Source of the DNA: a virus
Lineage: Duplodnaviria; Caudoviricetes
Virus record (IMG/VR): IMGVR_UViG_3300022752_000084
Coordinates: 1-56,730 of that record
Direction: 5' to 3' (one strand)
Length of the DNA stretch: 56,730 bases
The notes under the pieces were generated by a model, which saw only the letters and a program-made list of their open reading frames with translations, had not been told where the DNA came from and did not search any database. A program made the position numbers and the translations under genes. The first letter of the stretch is position 1. Each line of letters begins with the position of its first letter. Positions 17,447-26,672 of this stretch are shown in pieces.

Positions 17447-19465
17447 TCAAGAAATTGGGTTGGCGCAGAAGAAAGCCCCTGCGTAAACAGTTTTGGCTGC
17501 AGTTGCAGTAAAATCGTATTGGTAAAGGTAGATCGCAAGAGAATCTCCTACATCTGCATAAACAATATCGGCAATGGTAACAAAAAGATCACCCGCCGCT
17601 CCAGAAGGTCCATTGTTTTGGGTGTAACTAGCGGTAAATAGTGAACCGTTTTTGTATATCGCAATTTGCAACACGCAATCATTCGCTCCGGTTATGATTC
17701 CAGCTTTAGCTTTAATGTCATAATATCCAGCACGTGTTACAACAATAAAGCCCGATGCAGGATTGTATATGCCGCCTGTATCGTAATCTTCTACATCAAA
17801 CACAATGCGAGTAAGAGTATTGTTTGCAAGCGAAAAGGTGGCGGTTGTGCGTGCGCGAACAATCTGTCTTGGACTGCCTCCTCCAATCCTTGTTGCCACT
17901 GCAGCGCCAGCACCTGAAACGACCCCCGTGCAATTTGTTAATACAATTTGACTTGACGGAGATGACAAGCTGAGGCTTATATCTTCTAAAAGATTTAAGC
18001 AATTTAGCTTTGTAGAATTTAATGAGTGAGTTGGCGAGTTGCCATAATTAACCCAGTTTTCAACACTTTCCGCTATTACTACTGATGTGTTGTCTATGCC
18101 ACTAAAAGAAGCACTTGCGGAATTGGTATAAATGTTTCTAGCGATCAAACTAGAAATCGTATTTTGACTGGTTTTTATTAGCGTTGAAGCGTTATCTGCT
18201 AAATAAACCCCGTTTTCTATTAGCACGGAACTTGTAGCTTGAGAAGCAGTAGCGCGTACACCAAAATATGGTTTATTGTTTGTGCCATGCACGTTGGCAT
18301 AAAAACTAAGAAAGTTAATGTTTTTGCAATCGCTAATCTTGACATATTCGTCAGCAGTCAATAAAGCGGTTTGAGAGTTTTCAGAAGTAAAATTAACGAG
18401 TGTGATATTAAAGGAATTTTGAAAGAAAGCTAGGTGAGAGTAATTTACATCACCAGTTTCAATAGTAAGGCCATTGATTCTAATGTTAGAGCCCAAGTTG
18501 CAATATAAACCAGTGCCTGTATAATCTCCGATTGTGACCTGCTCCAGTGTCACATAATTTGTTGGGTTAGTTTGACCTAGCGCAATACCATTAGAGCAAT
18601 TAGAAATTATTATATCTTCTAAATGAGCCAAAGTTGATCCATCGACAACTAGAGCATATTCGTTGCCGGTTTGATTTTTTATGTATAGACGCTTTGTGTT
18701 TGTATGTTGCCCCCCTTGGCGAAAGGCAATTCCTGACCCTTGATTATTGTTAATTGTAAAATCTGAAACATAACTAAAACCTCCCGCGAGCCTAAGACCT
18801 GCGCCGGTTGCGCTGGTATTCTTTAAAATTGTCTTTTCGACACCAGCGCCAATTATTGTAATTGGTAGACCAGAATAAAGACCGTATCCTGATGGGTACG
18901 GTTGCACCTGGCTGCTTTCGCTAAAACAATAAGTACCTGTAGGAATATAAAGGATTGCACCACTACCTGTCCCTTGGCAATAAGACAAGCTAGCTTGTAG
19001 GGCAAGCGTATCATCCGTTACTCCATCCCCAACTGCACCAAAGTCCTTAACACTAACAACATCTTTCAGCTTGCTATCAACCGTCCTGGCAACAGCACTA
19101 GCTCCAGCTTGCAAGAAGTTTAACTTAGTCGCATTAATAGCTCCGCTTATATTTACATCAGCATCGATTATCGTACCGCTAGCAATCATTGTGCTAGTTA
19201 CAGTTTCAACATCACCTACAGTTACGACATTATACCCGTTTCTAGATAAAGTTCCAGATACAACTACACCTGATGCTGCGAATAACTGCCCGGTCATGTA
19301 GCCACCGGAAATCGGAACCTTGTTTGATGCAGATACTAACGCAGCATTACCCGAAGCCTGTGCTGTTGTATCAGTTCCAGGTACGGTATCGTTCGCCTCT
19401 AAAGTACGAAAGCCTCGCGGATAAAAGCCGCCACTGTATAGAACTACAGGAATTTGCACTACCAT
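17447..19465 (-). CDS. tail fibre / receptor-binding protein A (beta-helix)
   Basis: Shared N-terminal anchor; VSVKDFGAVGDGVTDDT pectate-lyase-like start; C1q-like C-terminus. Confidence 0.88.
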   Translation of the reverse strand: MVVQIPVVLYSGGFYPRGFRTLEANDTVPGTDTTAQASGNAALVSASNKVPISGGYMTGQLFAASGVVVSGTLSRNGYNVVTVGDVETVTSTMIASGTIIDADVNISGAINATKLNFLQAGASAVARTVDSKLKDVVSVKDFGAVGDGVTDDTLALQASLSYCQGTGSGAILYIPTGTYCFSESSQVQPYPSGYGLYSGLPITIIGAGVEKTILKNTSATGAGLRLAGGFSYVSDFTINNNQGSGIAFRQGGQHTNTKRLYIKNQTGNEYALVVDGSTLAHLEDIIISNCSNGIALGQTNPTNYVTLEQVTIGDYTGTGLYCNLGSNIRINGLTIETGDVNYSHLAFFQNSFNITLVNFTSENSQTALLTADEYVKISDCKNINFLSFYANVHGTNNKPYFGVRATASQATSSVLIENGVYLADNASTLIKTSQNTISSLIARNIYTNSASASFSGIDNTSVVIAESVENWVNYGNSPTHSLNSTKLNCLNLLEDISLSLSSPSSQIVLTNCTGVVSGAGAAVATRIGGGSPRQIVRARTTATFSLANNTLTRIVFDVEDYDTGGIYNPASGFIVVTRAGYYDIKAKAGIITGANDCVLQIAIYKNGSLFTASYTQNNGPSGAAGDLFVTIADIVYADVGDSLAIYLYQYDFTATAAKTVYAGAFFCANPIS

Positions 19466-19557
19466 TATTTAACTCCGCAGATGCCAGACATAGTTTCTAA
19501 GACCGGCAAGACTTGCTCCTTACAGTTTAACTGGTTTTTGTAGTTTCAGCAAACACT
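19463..19557 (-). promoter_or_regulatory. duplicated promoter/leader of fibre cassette A
   Basis: TTGCTG-17 nt-TAAACT on the - strand; 19481-19515 is identical (35 nt) to 36543-36577. Confidence 0.85.
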
Positions 19558-19576
19558 ATTAAAAAATAAGCCTCGG

Positions 19577-19885
19577 TTAACCACGCGCAATCTGCCTCTC
19601 AACACGGTGGTGAGGAACTCCTTGTTCTAATCCGCTCATTGCTCGCTGCAGTGGAACATCACCACCGAAGGGTTCTGTATACCCTTCGACCCCAAGTATC
19701 GAAGCAATAGGTCCAAACGGACCAGTCGCTTGAGAAATATTTCTTGTAAAGTCTGTAAACCCAGGATATCTGGATCGATACTTCTCATACTGCCCTGCCT
19801 TAGTTAGTTCGTCCCCAGAAGGGAGCGCAGATAATCCCAATCGACTACCTGCCATTCTAAATTTCCGAACAATAGGTAACGCCAA
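19577..19885 (-). CDS. hypothetical protein with RMAG motif
   Basis: 102-aa ORF. Confidence 0.65.
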   Translation of the reverse strand: MALPIVRKFRMAGSRLGLSALPSGDELTKAGQYEKYRSRYPGFTDFTRNISQATGPFGPIASILGVEGYTEPFGGDVPLQRAMSGLEQGVPHHRVERQIARG

Positions 19886-19887
19886 GA

Positions 19888-20109
19888 TTAAACAAAGGGT
19901 AAGGAGGGACGAATTGATTGCTGCATGTAAGGCATCTCCCTCTGTTCACCTGGCATCACTGGTTCCCTAAAAGGCGATTTACCACCAGGAATTGCACCTC
20001 CTTCGCGTATTCTCCTGCCAACAGAAGGATCCACATTAGGCAAAGCCGCCATCAACAACTCTGGATCACTTAGATACATTTCTAAAAAAGCCACTGCTTG
20101 AGGATCCAA
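19888..20109 (-). CDS. hypothetical Pro-rich protein
   Basis: 73-aa ORF; TATACT -10 at 20132-20137. Confidence 0.6.
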   Translation of the reverse strand: MDPQAVAFLEMYLSDPELLMAALPNVDPSVGRRIREGGAIPGGKSPFREPVMPGEQREMPYMQQSIRPSLPFV

Positions 20110-20183
20110 AACAATTATTAAAGCTATTAAAAGTATAACTTCAAAACAAAAACCTACACAAGCTTAAGAAAGTCTAAAAAAAC

Positions 20184-20211
20184 TTGACGTCATAAATACA
20201 CCACATACACT
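20184..20211 (+). promoter_or_regulatory. sigma70-type promoter
   Basis: TTGACG-16 nt-TACACT. Confidence 0.6.
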
Positions 20212-20215
20212 GCAT

Positions 20216-21064
20216 TTGTCTATCACTCTTCCAATGGATTTTCAATTCAATCTCAGAGGCACAGCATTAGAACACCGAGAAGCCTCGGCGCTCTTGCAAG
20301 CATCAACTCCAAAAACAAAACAACCTTTTTCAATTGATCTTGAGAAACTTATAGATGTCAAAATACTTGACGCTAATAAGTTATTCTCCATGAGCGTCGA
20401 GCAGCAGAACCCTGTCCTAGCTTCGCTAGCTGTAAAGCTTGCAATCGAAAACAAAAAGACTCCGACAACCAAGCTTGCAGTTGCGAGCAAGAAAAAAGCA
20501 ACAACAAAGCTTGTTGCAACTCCAATCAAAACCCCGCCGAAGAAGGCCGCAAACACAACGGATGACATCATTGACTATTTGTTAATGCATCCTTCATATC
20601 GTTGCTGTGGCGCAGCAATGCTGCTTCTCAAAGGCAACACTAAGGACTGGCAAGCCATCAGAGACGTCGCTATCTCCGTCGTAAACGAAGCGGCTGATGA
20701 TCTGAAGCTCCCTTTATCTTCACCCTTATTTAAGGGCTTCACGCTTGATGCAGAGACGGATACCCTAATTCCGATCGAGAGCAATCAAGCCACGCGCAGA
20801 TGCGACACCTACTACGTTTCGCCTATGTACATCAGTCTTCGGGCTGGTCTTATGTTCTGCATTAAGCACAACCTCGTCAGCATCTCAGAAAATTGGACCG
20901 TTGGTTCTAGGAACGAAGAGTACAATGAAAAGTCAGGCCATCTAAAACGCCGCTACTACCTCTACAAGTTGACCGAACTTGGTGAGAAAATGTGTTCATC
21001 CTGGAGTGATATGGATAAATACATCTACAACTATTACACCCCTAAATCAGGTACTAACCGATGA
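20216..21064 (+). CDS. putative winged-helix DNA-binding protein (start may be ATG 20234)
   Basis: C-terminal RRYYLYKLTELGEK wing motif; Lys-rich linker. Confidence 0.55.
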   Translation: MSITLPMDFQFNLRGTALEHREASALLQASTPKTKQPFSIDLEKLIDVKILDANKLFSMSVEQQNPVLASLAVKLAIENKKTPTTKLAVASKKKATTKLVATPIKTPPKKAANTTDDIIDYLLMHPSYRCCGAAMLLLKGNTKDWQAIRDVAISVVNEAADDLKLPLSSPLFKGFTLDAETDTLIPIESNQATRRCDTYYVSPMYISLRAGLMFCIKHNLVSISENWTVGSRNEEYNEKSGHLKRRYYLYKLTELGEKMCSSWSDMDKYIYNYYTPKSGTNR

Positions 21065-21447
21065 CGGAACTTGTTAAAGACGTTCCCGGAGATCAAGAAG
21101 CGTTTATGTCCGGCATAGCGGACCTTTTCATGGACTACAGCACACTTTTGTCTCCCGAGACAATGTGTACTTTAATAAAGACCGTTATAACGGATCATTT
21201 AAACCACCATATAGACGAAGCCTGCACCTATTTAGCTCTAAGTAGACTTTTTGACGTGGACGTAAACGAGGAGGATGAGGACGAGGAAGAGGAGGATGAG
21301 GACGAGGATGAGGAAGAGGAGGATGAGGATTTCATAAATGAGGAGGGCTTTATGGCTGAAGTGGGTGTATACCACGAGGAGGCAGATGAGGAGAACGAGG
21401 AGGATGCGCCTAGCATAAAAGAAAGAGTAACTAACGATATATTTTAA
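21061..21447 (+). CDS. highly acidic protein
   Basis: D/E run of about 21 residues encoded by GAG/GAT/GAC repeats. Confidence 0.7.
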   Translation: MTELVKDVPGDQEAFMSGIADLFMDYSTLLSPETMCTLIKTVITDHLNHHIDEACTYLALSRLFDVDVNEEDEDEEEEDEDEDEEEEDEDFINEEGFMAEVGVYHEEADEENEEDAPSIKERVTNDIF

Positions 21448-21478
21448 GAGTTACGTTGAGTAAACTCTGTTAGTGTAA

Positions 21479-21510
21479 GCGTCCTCGCTGCTTCGCAGCT
21501 GCGGGGGCGC
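21479..21510 (+). repeat. intergenic GC hairpin repeat, divergent copy 4
   Basis: GCGTCCTCGC-TGCTTCGCAGCT-GCGGGGGCGC directly upstream of polA. Confidence 0.8.
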
Positions 21511-21527
21511 ATTCACTATTTAACACC

Positions 21528-23423
21528 ATGCAAACAAATTACGTTACAACACACGATCAATACGAAGCTTCCCTTGCAAAGCTTTCCCAACATAAAAAAC
21601 TTTGCCTCGACTTTGAAACCACGGGGCTCCAAGCTGGCATTGCTAAACCTCGCTTACTCCAACTTTGTGACAGTGATCCATCTGTTGAGGATCGTACTGT
21701 TCATGTTTTGGACTTATTTAAAGTTCCGCCTGACAACACACTCAAAGAACTGATTGAATCAAGGGAAATGATCATCGGTCATAACCTTAACTTCGATCTC
21801 CAGTTCTTGTACTACTTAGACATAGACTTCAAAAACAAAATCTTTTGTACATACATTGCTGAACGAATCCTACGTGCAGGCTTTAAAGAAAAAAGAGTAA
21901 GTCCTAAAGCTCAGAAAGCTTACTTCGCCGATGTTTCCTGTTCCCTTAAGGCTGTGGCTGATCGACGCCTCTCCTTGAAACTGGACAAAACACAACGGAT
22001 GACAGATTGGAGTCAGCTCGATCTAACCCTAGAACAAGTTGAATACGCCGCTGGTGACGTAGATATTCTTCCTCAAATTGCTTCAGATCAATTAGCAGAG
22101 ATGCGCGAAGAAAACTTGTTAGCAATATATAGTATTGAATCCAAATGTATACGTCCCGTTGCAAAGATGTGCTACACAGGTTTCTGTGTTGATATTGAAC
22201 TACTAAAAAAACTAAAAGAATCTATTACAAAAGAACTAGAGGATAAAAGTAATCAATTTATAACTCAACTAGACTCCAATCTTCCAGATGATTCTAAATT
22301 ACCTAGAACAGTAGATGGTGCTGTTGCGATTGGAAAAAAACCTTTAAAGGAATTTAACCCAGGATCACCAACTCAGATTGTCAAGTACTTTACTGCCTGT
22401 GGTATCGCACTACCTGCTGATTCCGATACCGGTAAAGCTACTTTGAACCAGGTTGCCTTATCCGAATTTGATAGCGACGATGCCACGCTGAATTTATACC
22501 GAGAAAGGGCGAAAGTTGAAACTCGTTTAGAACATGTAAATAAACTAATTGATAACATCAATCCTGTAACACACAGGATTCATTCCGGTTACAACCAGGT
22601 GGGCGCGAATTCTGGCAGATTCACAAGCAGCGGTGCCCCAAAGACAACCAAAAAAGCCGGGAAAACGGTCTTTTCAATAAATCTGCAACAAGTTCCACGT
22701 TCTAAAAACTTCAGAGAGTGCTTTATTGCGGCGCCGGGATACAAACTTGTGATTTGCGACTGGGCACAAATAGAACTGAGGTTGGGTGCCGAGTTGATTA
22801 ACATCCCGCAAATGAAACAAGCTTTTGTATCTGACATTGATTTGCATACGATGACCGCAAGCTTAATCTATAAAAAAGATATAAATCTCGTTACAAAAGA
22901 GGAAAGACAGGATGGAAAAACACTGAACTTTGCGTTGCTTTACGGAATGGGTTTTCGAAAATACAAAACTTATGCTGCGCAGAGTGGCAGAAACCTGACC
23001 TTATCAGAAGCAAAAATTGCCCATGCGGCATTTCACTCTGCTTATCCTCGTTTACGTTCATGGCATCAAGAACGAGCTGCTCTTGTACAAGATGGTTGGA
23101 CTTACATTCGTACACCGTGTGGTCGTCGCCGGTTACTCAGTTACGATGACGCAACCATGATGTGTGCTGCCAACACTTTGATTCAGGGTAGTGGCGCAGA
23201 TATTCTAAAAATTGCTATTGCAAATTTAGATAAACATTTAGATGACACAGTGCGGTTAGTAGCTGCTGTACATGATGAAATCGTTTTAGAAGTCGAAGAA
23301 TCTAAAGCTGAGACCTATAAACATATTCTTGAGACGACAATGATCCACGCTGCGCAAACAGTGCTAAATTCTGTTCCAGCATCAGCAGATGCGAGTGTTG
23401 GATCCTCTTGGGCAGCAAAATGA
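21528..23423 (+). CDS. polA: family A DNA polymerase with 3'-5' exonuclease
   Basis: ExoI LDFETTG, ExoII GHNLNFD, ExoIII YAAGD; motif A DWAQIELR, motif B KTLNFALLYG, motif C VHDE. Confidence 0.97.
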   Translation: MQTNYVTTHDQYEASLAKLSQHKKLCLDFETTGLQAGIAKPRLLQLCDSDPSVEDRTVHVLDLFKVPPDNTLKELIESREMIIGHNLNFDLQFLYYLDIDFKNKIFCTYIAERILRAGFKEKRVSPKAQKAYFADVSCSLKAVADRRLSLKLDKTQRMTDWSQLDLTLEQVEYAAGDVDILPQIASDQLAEMREENLLAIYSIESKCIRPVAKMCYTGFCVDIELLKKLKESITKELEDKSNQFITQLDSNLPDDSKLPRTVDGAVAIGKKPLKEFNPGSPTQIVKYFTACGIALPADSDTGKATLNQVALSEFDSDDATLNLYRERAKVETRLEHVNKLIDNINPVTHRIHSGYNQVGANSGRFTSSGAPKTTKKAGKTVFSINLQQVPRSKNFRECFIAAPGYKLVICDWAQIELRLGAELINIPQMKQAFVSDIDLHTMTASLIYKKDINLVTKEERQDGKTLNFALLYGMGFRKYKTYAAQSGRNLTLSEAKIAHAAFHSAYPRLRSWHQERAALVQDGWTYIRTPCGRRRLLSYDDATMMCAANTLIQGSGADILKIAIANLDKHLDDTVRLVAAVHDEIVLEVEESKAETYKHILETTMIHAAQTVLNSVPASADASVGSSWAAK

Positions 23424-23917
23424 ACGATTTGATTGAACTTTCGGTAGAGACTAAAAAGGATATATCAACAATTAAACAAAATAATGGCTTTTGCGGAGTT
23501 ATCCGAGCCGAAAAAACAATCTACATAACTACAGAAACATTCCCTAATGCTTTGCAGGCAGCAAACAGTGCCCGAGCTCTCCGTAAAAAATACAAAATAG
23601 CTGGAAACATTAAGAAAAAAGAAACTACCAAATCTCTTGTTAAACTTCAGACGACAAAACCCACAGTCCTTCTGACCGAATTTGAAATGGCCAACTCGCC
23701 AGATTTAAGAGTTAAAGAGGTCTGGGTCTTGCTTTCTCCTAACAAGAAATATATTAAAACGGCGTTAAGCAATTCAAAAGTGGTCACTTACACCACTGAT
23801 AAAACACAAGCACAAGTATTTAACACTTACGAAGAAGCTGCTATCTTACAAAAAACTTTAGATGTGGTACTCCAAAAAGGGCATATCCTTAAAAGATTTT
23901 TTCTTCGCTTACATTGA
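23420..23917 (+). CDS. hypothetical basic protein
   Basis: ATGA overlap with polA. Confidence 0.7.
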   Translation: MNDLIELSVETKKDISTIKQNNGFCGVIRAEKTIYITTETFPNALQAANSARALRKKYKIAGNIKKKETTKSLVKLQTTKPTVLLTEFEMANSPDLRVKEVWVLLSPNKKYIKTALSNSKVVTYTTDKTQAQVFNTYEEAAILQKTLDVVLQKGHILKRFFLRLH

Positions 23918-23948
23918 GCTAATATAAAGAAGGTTACGTTAGCAGCTC

Positions 23949-24608
23949 GTGGCAGAGTCAGACTTATTTTCAGATTTGCTGGGTTCCCAATCTTCGGGAT
24001 TCATGCAGAAGTTTAGGTACGGTGGTTCGTTTAAGCCTCGTGCTAAAACCGAGGGCGGCACAACAACCACTACATTTGAACAAGATAACAATCCGCCAGC
24101 TTCATTTCAGCAACCTTCCGATCTGAAGGAAGGTGAAGTATATGCTATGGGATCTTCTACCACGCCGACAGAAACCCCTCGTTTTGCTGGTACAGCATTT
24201 AACGTTGATTTAAGAGATTATGCTCCTAGTTTTAAAGTGACCCGAGCGGCCAAAGGCTCTCGTGGAGGTGCGATCGGAGGCGGGCGACCCATGGATACGC
24301 AAGAGGTCTCAATTGCCCCTGTACAAAAACCAGCTCAGTTTACTTTTAATCAAACGATTCAAGAACGCGAACAGCAACCCATAAATATCCCAAACTATTC
24401 ATCTCAATTAGATGACCTTAAAAAACAACTTGAGGCTTTAAATACAAAAAAGCCTGAGCCTGCTCCAACACTACCTCCCGCTCCAGAGCCTCCCCCCGCT
24501 CCAGAGCCTTCCCCCGCTCCAGAGCCTCCCCGACCTGACAATAGCGCTAGAGACGCATGGAATGCTGTAGTAGCTCAACAGGGTAAATGGAATCTGTGGT
24601 TGTGGTAA
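23949..24608 (+). CDS. low-complexity Pro-rich protein with RFAG motif
   Basis: 219-aa ORF; PAPEPP repeats; TAATAT -10 at 23920. Confidence 0.65.
   Translation: MAESDLFSDLLGSQSSGFMQKFRYGGSFKPRAKTEGGTTTTTFEQDNNPPASFQQPSDLKEGEVYAMGSSTTPTETPRFAGTAFNVDLRDYAPSFKVTRAAKGSRGGAIGGGRPMDTQEVSIAPVQKPAQFTFNQTIQEREQQPINIPNYSSQLDDLKKQLEALNTKKPEPAPTLPPAPEPPPAPEPSPAPEPPRPDNSARDAWNAVVAQQGKWNLWLW
24477..24530 (+). repeat. 18-bp tandem repeat x3
   Basis: CCCGCTCCAGAGCCT[C/T]CC units encoding PAPEP[P/S]. Confidence 0.9.
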
Positions 24609-25180
24609 TAAATAACAAAGACGAAAACTATACTTTAAAAATACATAAAAACTTACAAAACTGTAAAATTGCACTAACTGCAAACGACAGTAGCCACGCG
24701 CAGGCACAAGCAGAGGATATATGCAGATCACTAGATGCTACTTCTTTTAATTTATCTTATGGCCACTGCAAATTCACTTCTCTTTCTGAGTTATATAAAG
24801 ATCTGTCTTCAAACAATTTTAACCATAAAAAATGTTCTCCTTGGTTGGGAAAATTCTCTAATAATGTTCCATGTATATACATATTCAAACAGCGTTATTA
24901 CGTACGTAGTTTAATTCTTAAATACTTAGATATTCCAAGAGAGGATGTATTTGCTCGTCCCAGCTGCAACTGTAAGTCCTGTATAAATCCATATCATTTT
25001 GCATACGAGATTGGAAAAAACACAAAACTTGGTAGCGGAGATTGGAATCTCGTATTAGCATTCTTAGGCCAAGGCACTGGCGTTGACCAGATCGCCGGGG
25101 CTTTTAAAATTCACCGTTCAACCATTTACCGAAAACTCAAAAATGAACGTATTCTTGCTGGGGCTCAAAATCACAGCTGA
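24587..25180 (+). CDS. degenerate His-Me finger (HNH) plus C-terminal HTH
   Basis: C-x-x-W-x-G...RPSCNCKSCINPYHF, with Pro at the usual catalytic His; IAGAFKIHRSTIYR HTH. Confidence 0.65.
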   Translation: MESVVVVINNKDENYTLKIHKNLQNCKIALTANDSSHAQAQAEDICRSLDATSFNLSYGHCKFTSLSELYKDLSSNNFNHKKCSPWLGKFSNNVPCIYIFKQRYYVRSLILKYLDIPREDVFARPSCNCKSCINPYHFAYEIGKNTKLGSGDWNLVLAFLGQGTGVDQIAGAFKIHRSTIYRKLKNERILAGAQNHS

Positions 25181-25790
25181 GGCCCAAAGCGCCGATGAAG
25201 AAACGGTTAATGTTTTAGGGGAGATGCTTCCCTCTAACGATAAACGTGTGAACACTAAAGTTCAGCTCCTCCAACAAAAAAACCACTACATCGGCAAACT
25301 TTTAAAGGAACTAAAAACAGGACAAACAGCTTTAGCAATAGGACCCACGCGGGCAACACCAGATGGGATCTTGCAAATGCAACCAATGCTAATCGTTACC
25401 CCTGAAAACTTTAACGATTTACTTGCATTCAATTTGTTTGTAGCTACTGGTGGTTTAGGACCTAAAGCCGAAGAAGTTGAGCTCTCCGATACCACCGTTA
25501 CCAACCGTTCTTTAGCTTGGACTTCCGAGGAAAAAGAAACAAATTGGTTCAAGCTCACTGCTTGGGGCGAAAACTCTAAACAGCTTTCCGATTTACCTCC
25601 AGGAACACCTACAATCGCTGTGGGCAAAGTTTCTACAAGCGAAAAGGACGAAAAGCATTATCTCAACTATACCGTTGATAAAATTCTTTATCTTCCTAAG
25701 ACTTCTAAGTCAATGCCTAAAAAAGCTGTAGATCCCGACAAAGGTCAGATTTCTGCAGCAGCCATTGGTTCTATCGATTTCTCCCTCTGA
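25143..25790 (+). CDS. ssb: single-stranded DNA-binding protein, possibly tandem OB fold
   Basis: NLFVATGGLG...ETNWFKLTAWGE...G..TIAVGKV; acidic/aromatic tail IDFSL. Confidence 0.7.
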   Translation: MNVFLLGLKITAEAQSADEETVNVLGEMLPSNDKRVNTKVQLLQQKNHYIGKLLKELKTGQTALAIGPTRATPDGILQMQPMLIVTPENFNDLLAFNLFVATGGLGPKAEEVELSDTTVTNRSLAWTSEEKETNWFKLTAWGENSKQLSDLPPGTPTIAVGKVSTSEKDEKHYLNYTVDKILYLPKTSKSMPKKAVDPDKGQISAAAIGSIDFSL

Positions 25791-25800
25791 TTTTCCTCCC

Positions 25801-26610
25801 ATGACTTTTATTGCTGGCAATTTTTCGGCTGACGAAATTCTCTGTAACATCCCGCCGCACGTTTTACGTGTTGATCTTCAGGCTCGCCGTTGGAAATCTG
25901 ACGTAGACCCAGACTCTGCCATCATTGATGGCAATGAAAACGGGATACCTATCGAGTTTATCCTGTTGGGATTCAAACCCTTTTATGGAAATTTAGGGAT
26001 GCGAAACCAAGAAGAGTTTCTCCGAATTTCTTTTATTGGTGTGTCGCCTAAACATCGTTTATTACCACCGCGTTGTGTAACCACGGCGATGATTTCTGGT
26101 AAATCCAGCCAAAAAAACTTTATCTCGTATTTTCAAACTCTGTACAACAACCGCATCAACTGCGCAAGCGTTGTTACTTGTAGCAAATTTGTTACTCGTA
26201 GTTTTAATGAACGGGATCCTGTTACCGGTGCGGATGGTAACAAGATCAATTTCAACGCTTTAGAGTTTGCAGATCGTCCTGCTTCCGGCGAAACTGAAAT
26301 AAAACTCATCGAAGATATTTCGGACTGGATTGAAGGTAAGGGCGGCACGTTTATCAGTGCGGCACTGGGAAGTCACATTCCAGGTTCGGATTTGGTGGAG
26401 CTCCCACTTGGCACTGACCACGCGGAAGTAAAAAAATTGTTCGCGGAATCTCGTGAACAATCTTCTGCTTCCCAATTCTCAAAGGCTCTGCCGACTGCTA
26501 CAGCTGCGGTAGAGGAAGTGGTGGTTGTTGAACCTCCTGCACCAACTAGGAAGAAGAAAGCCGTGGAGCTCAGCGAGGAGCAAGCAAAAGCTTTGGGAAT
26601 CGACTTTTAA
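25801..26610 (+). CDS. hypothetical replication/recombination protein
   Basis: 269-aa ORF after ssb; tail ends GIDF like ssb. Confidence 0.6.
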   Translation: MTFIAGNFSADEILCNIPPHVLRVDLQARRWKSDVDPDSAIIDGNENGIPIEFILLGFKPFYGNLGMRNQEEFLRISFIGVSPKHRLLPPRCVTTAMISGKSSQKNFISYFQTLYNNRINCASVVTCSKFVTRSFNERDPVTGADGNKINFNALEFADRPASGETEIKLIEDISDWIEGKGGTFISAALGSHIPGSDLVELPLGTDHAEVKKLFAESREQSSASQFSKALPTATAAVEEVVVVEPPAPTRKKKAVELSEEQAKALGIDF

Positions 26611-26628
26611 CTTAAACTCCCTTTTTAC

Positions 26629-26656
26629 TAGGCGGCCTATGCCGCCTTATTTTTTT
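26629..26656 (+). terminator. intrinsic terminator
   Basis: AGGCGGC-CTAT-GCCGCCT followed by a T tract. Confidence 0.85.
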
Positions 26657-26672
26657 ATCTATCTGAACTATT

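Noticed and set aside
21228-21416. Poly-Ser ORF on the - strand
   Set aside because: Reverse complement of the Glu/Asp codon run.
21528-23423. Unusual polymerase chemistry (for example modified-base incorporation)
   Set aside because: Motifs A, B and C are canonical, with Phe at the E. coli 762-equivalent position, and no base-modification genes were recognised.
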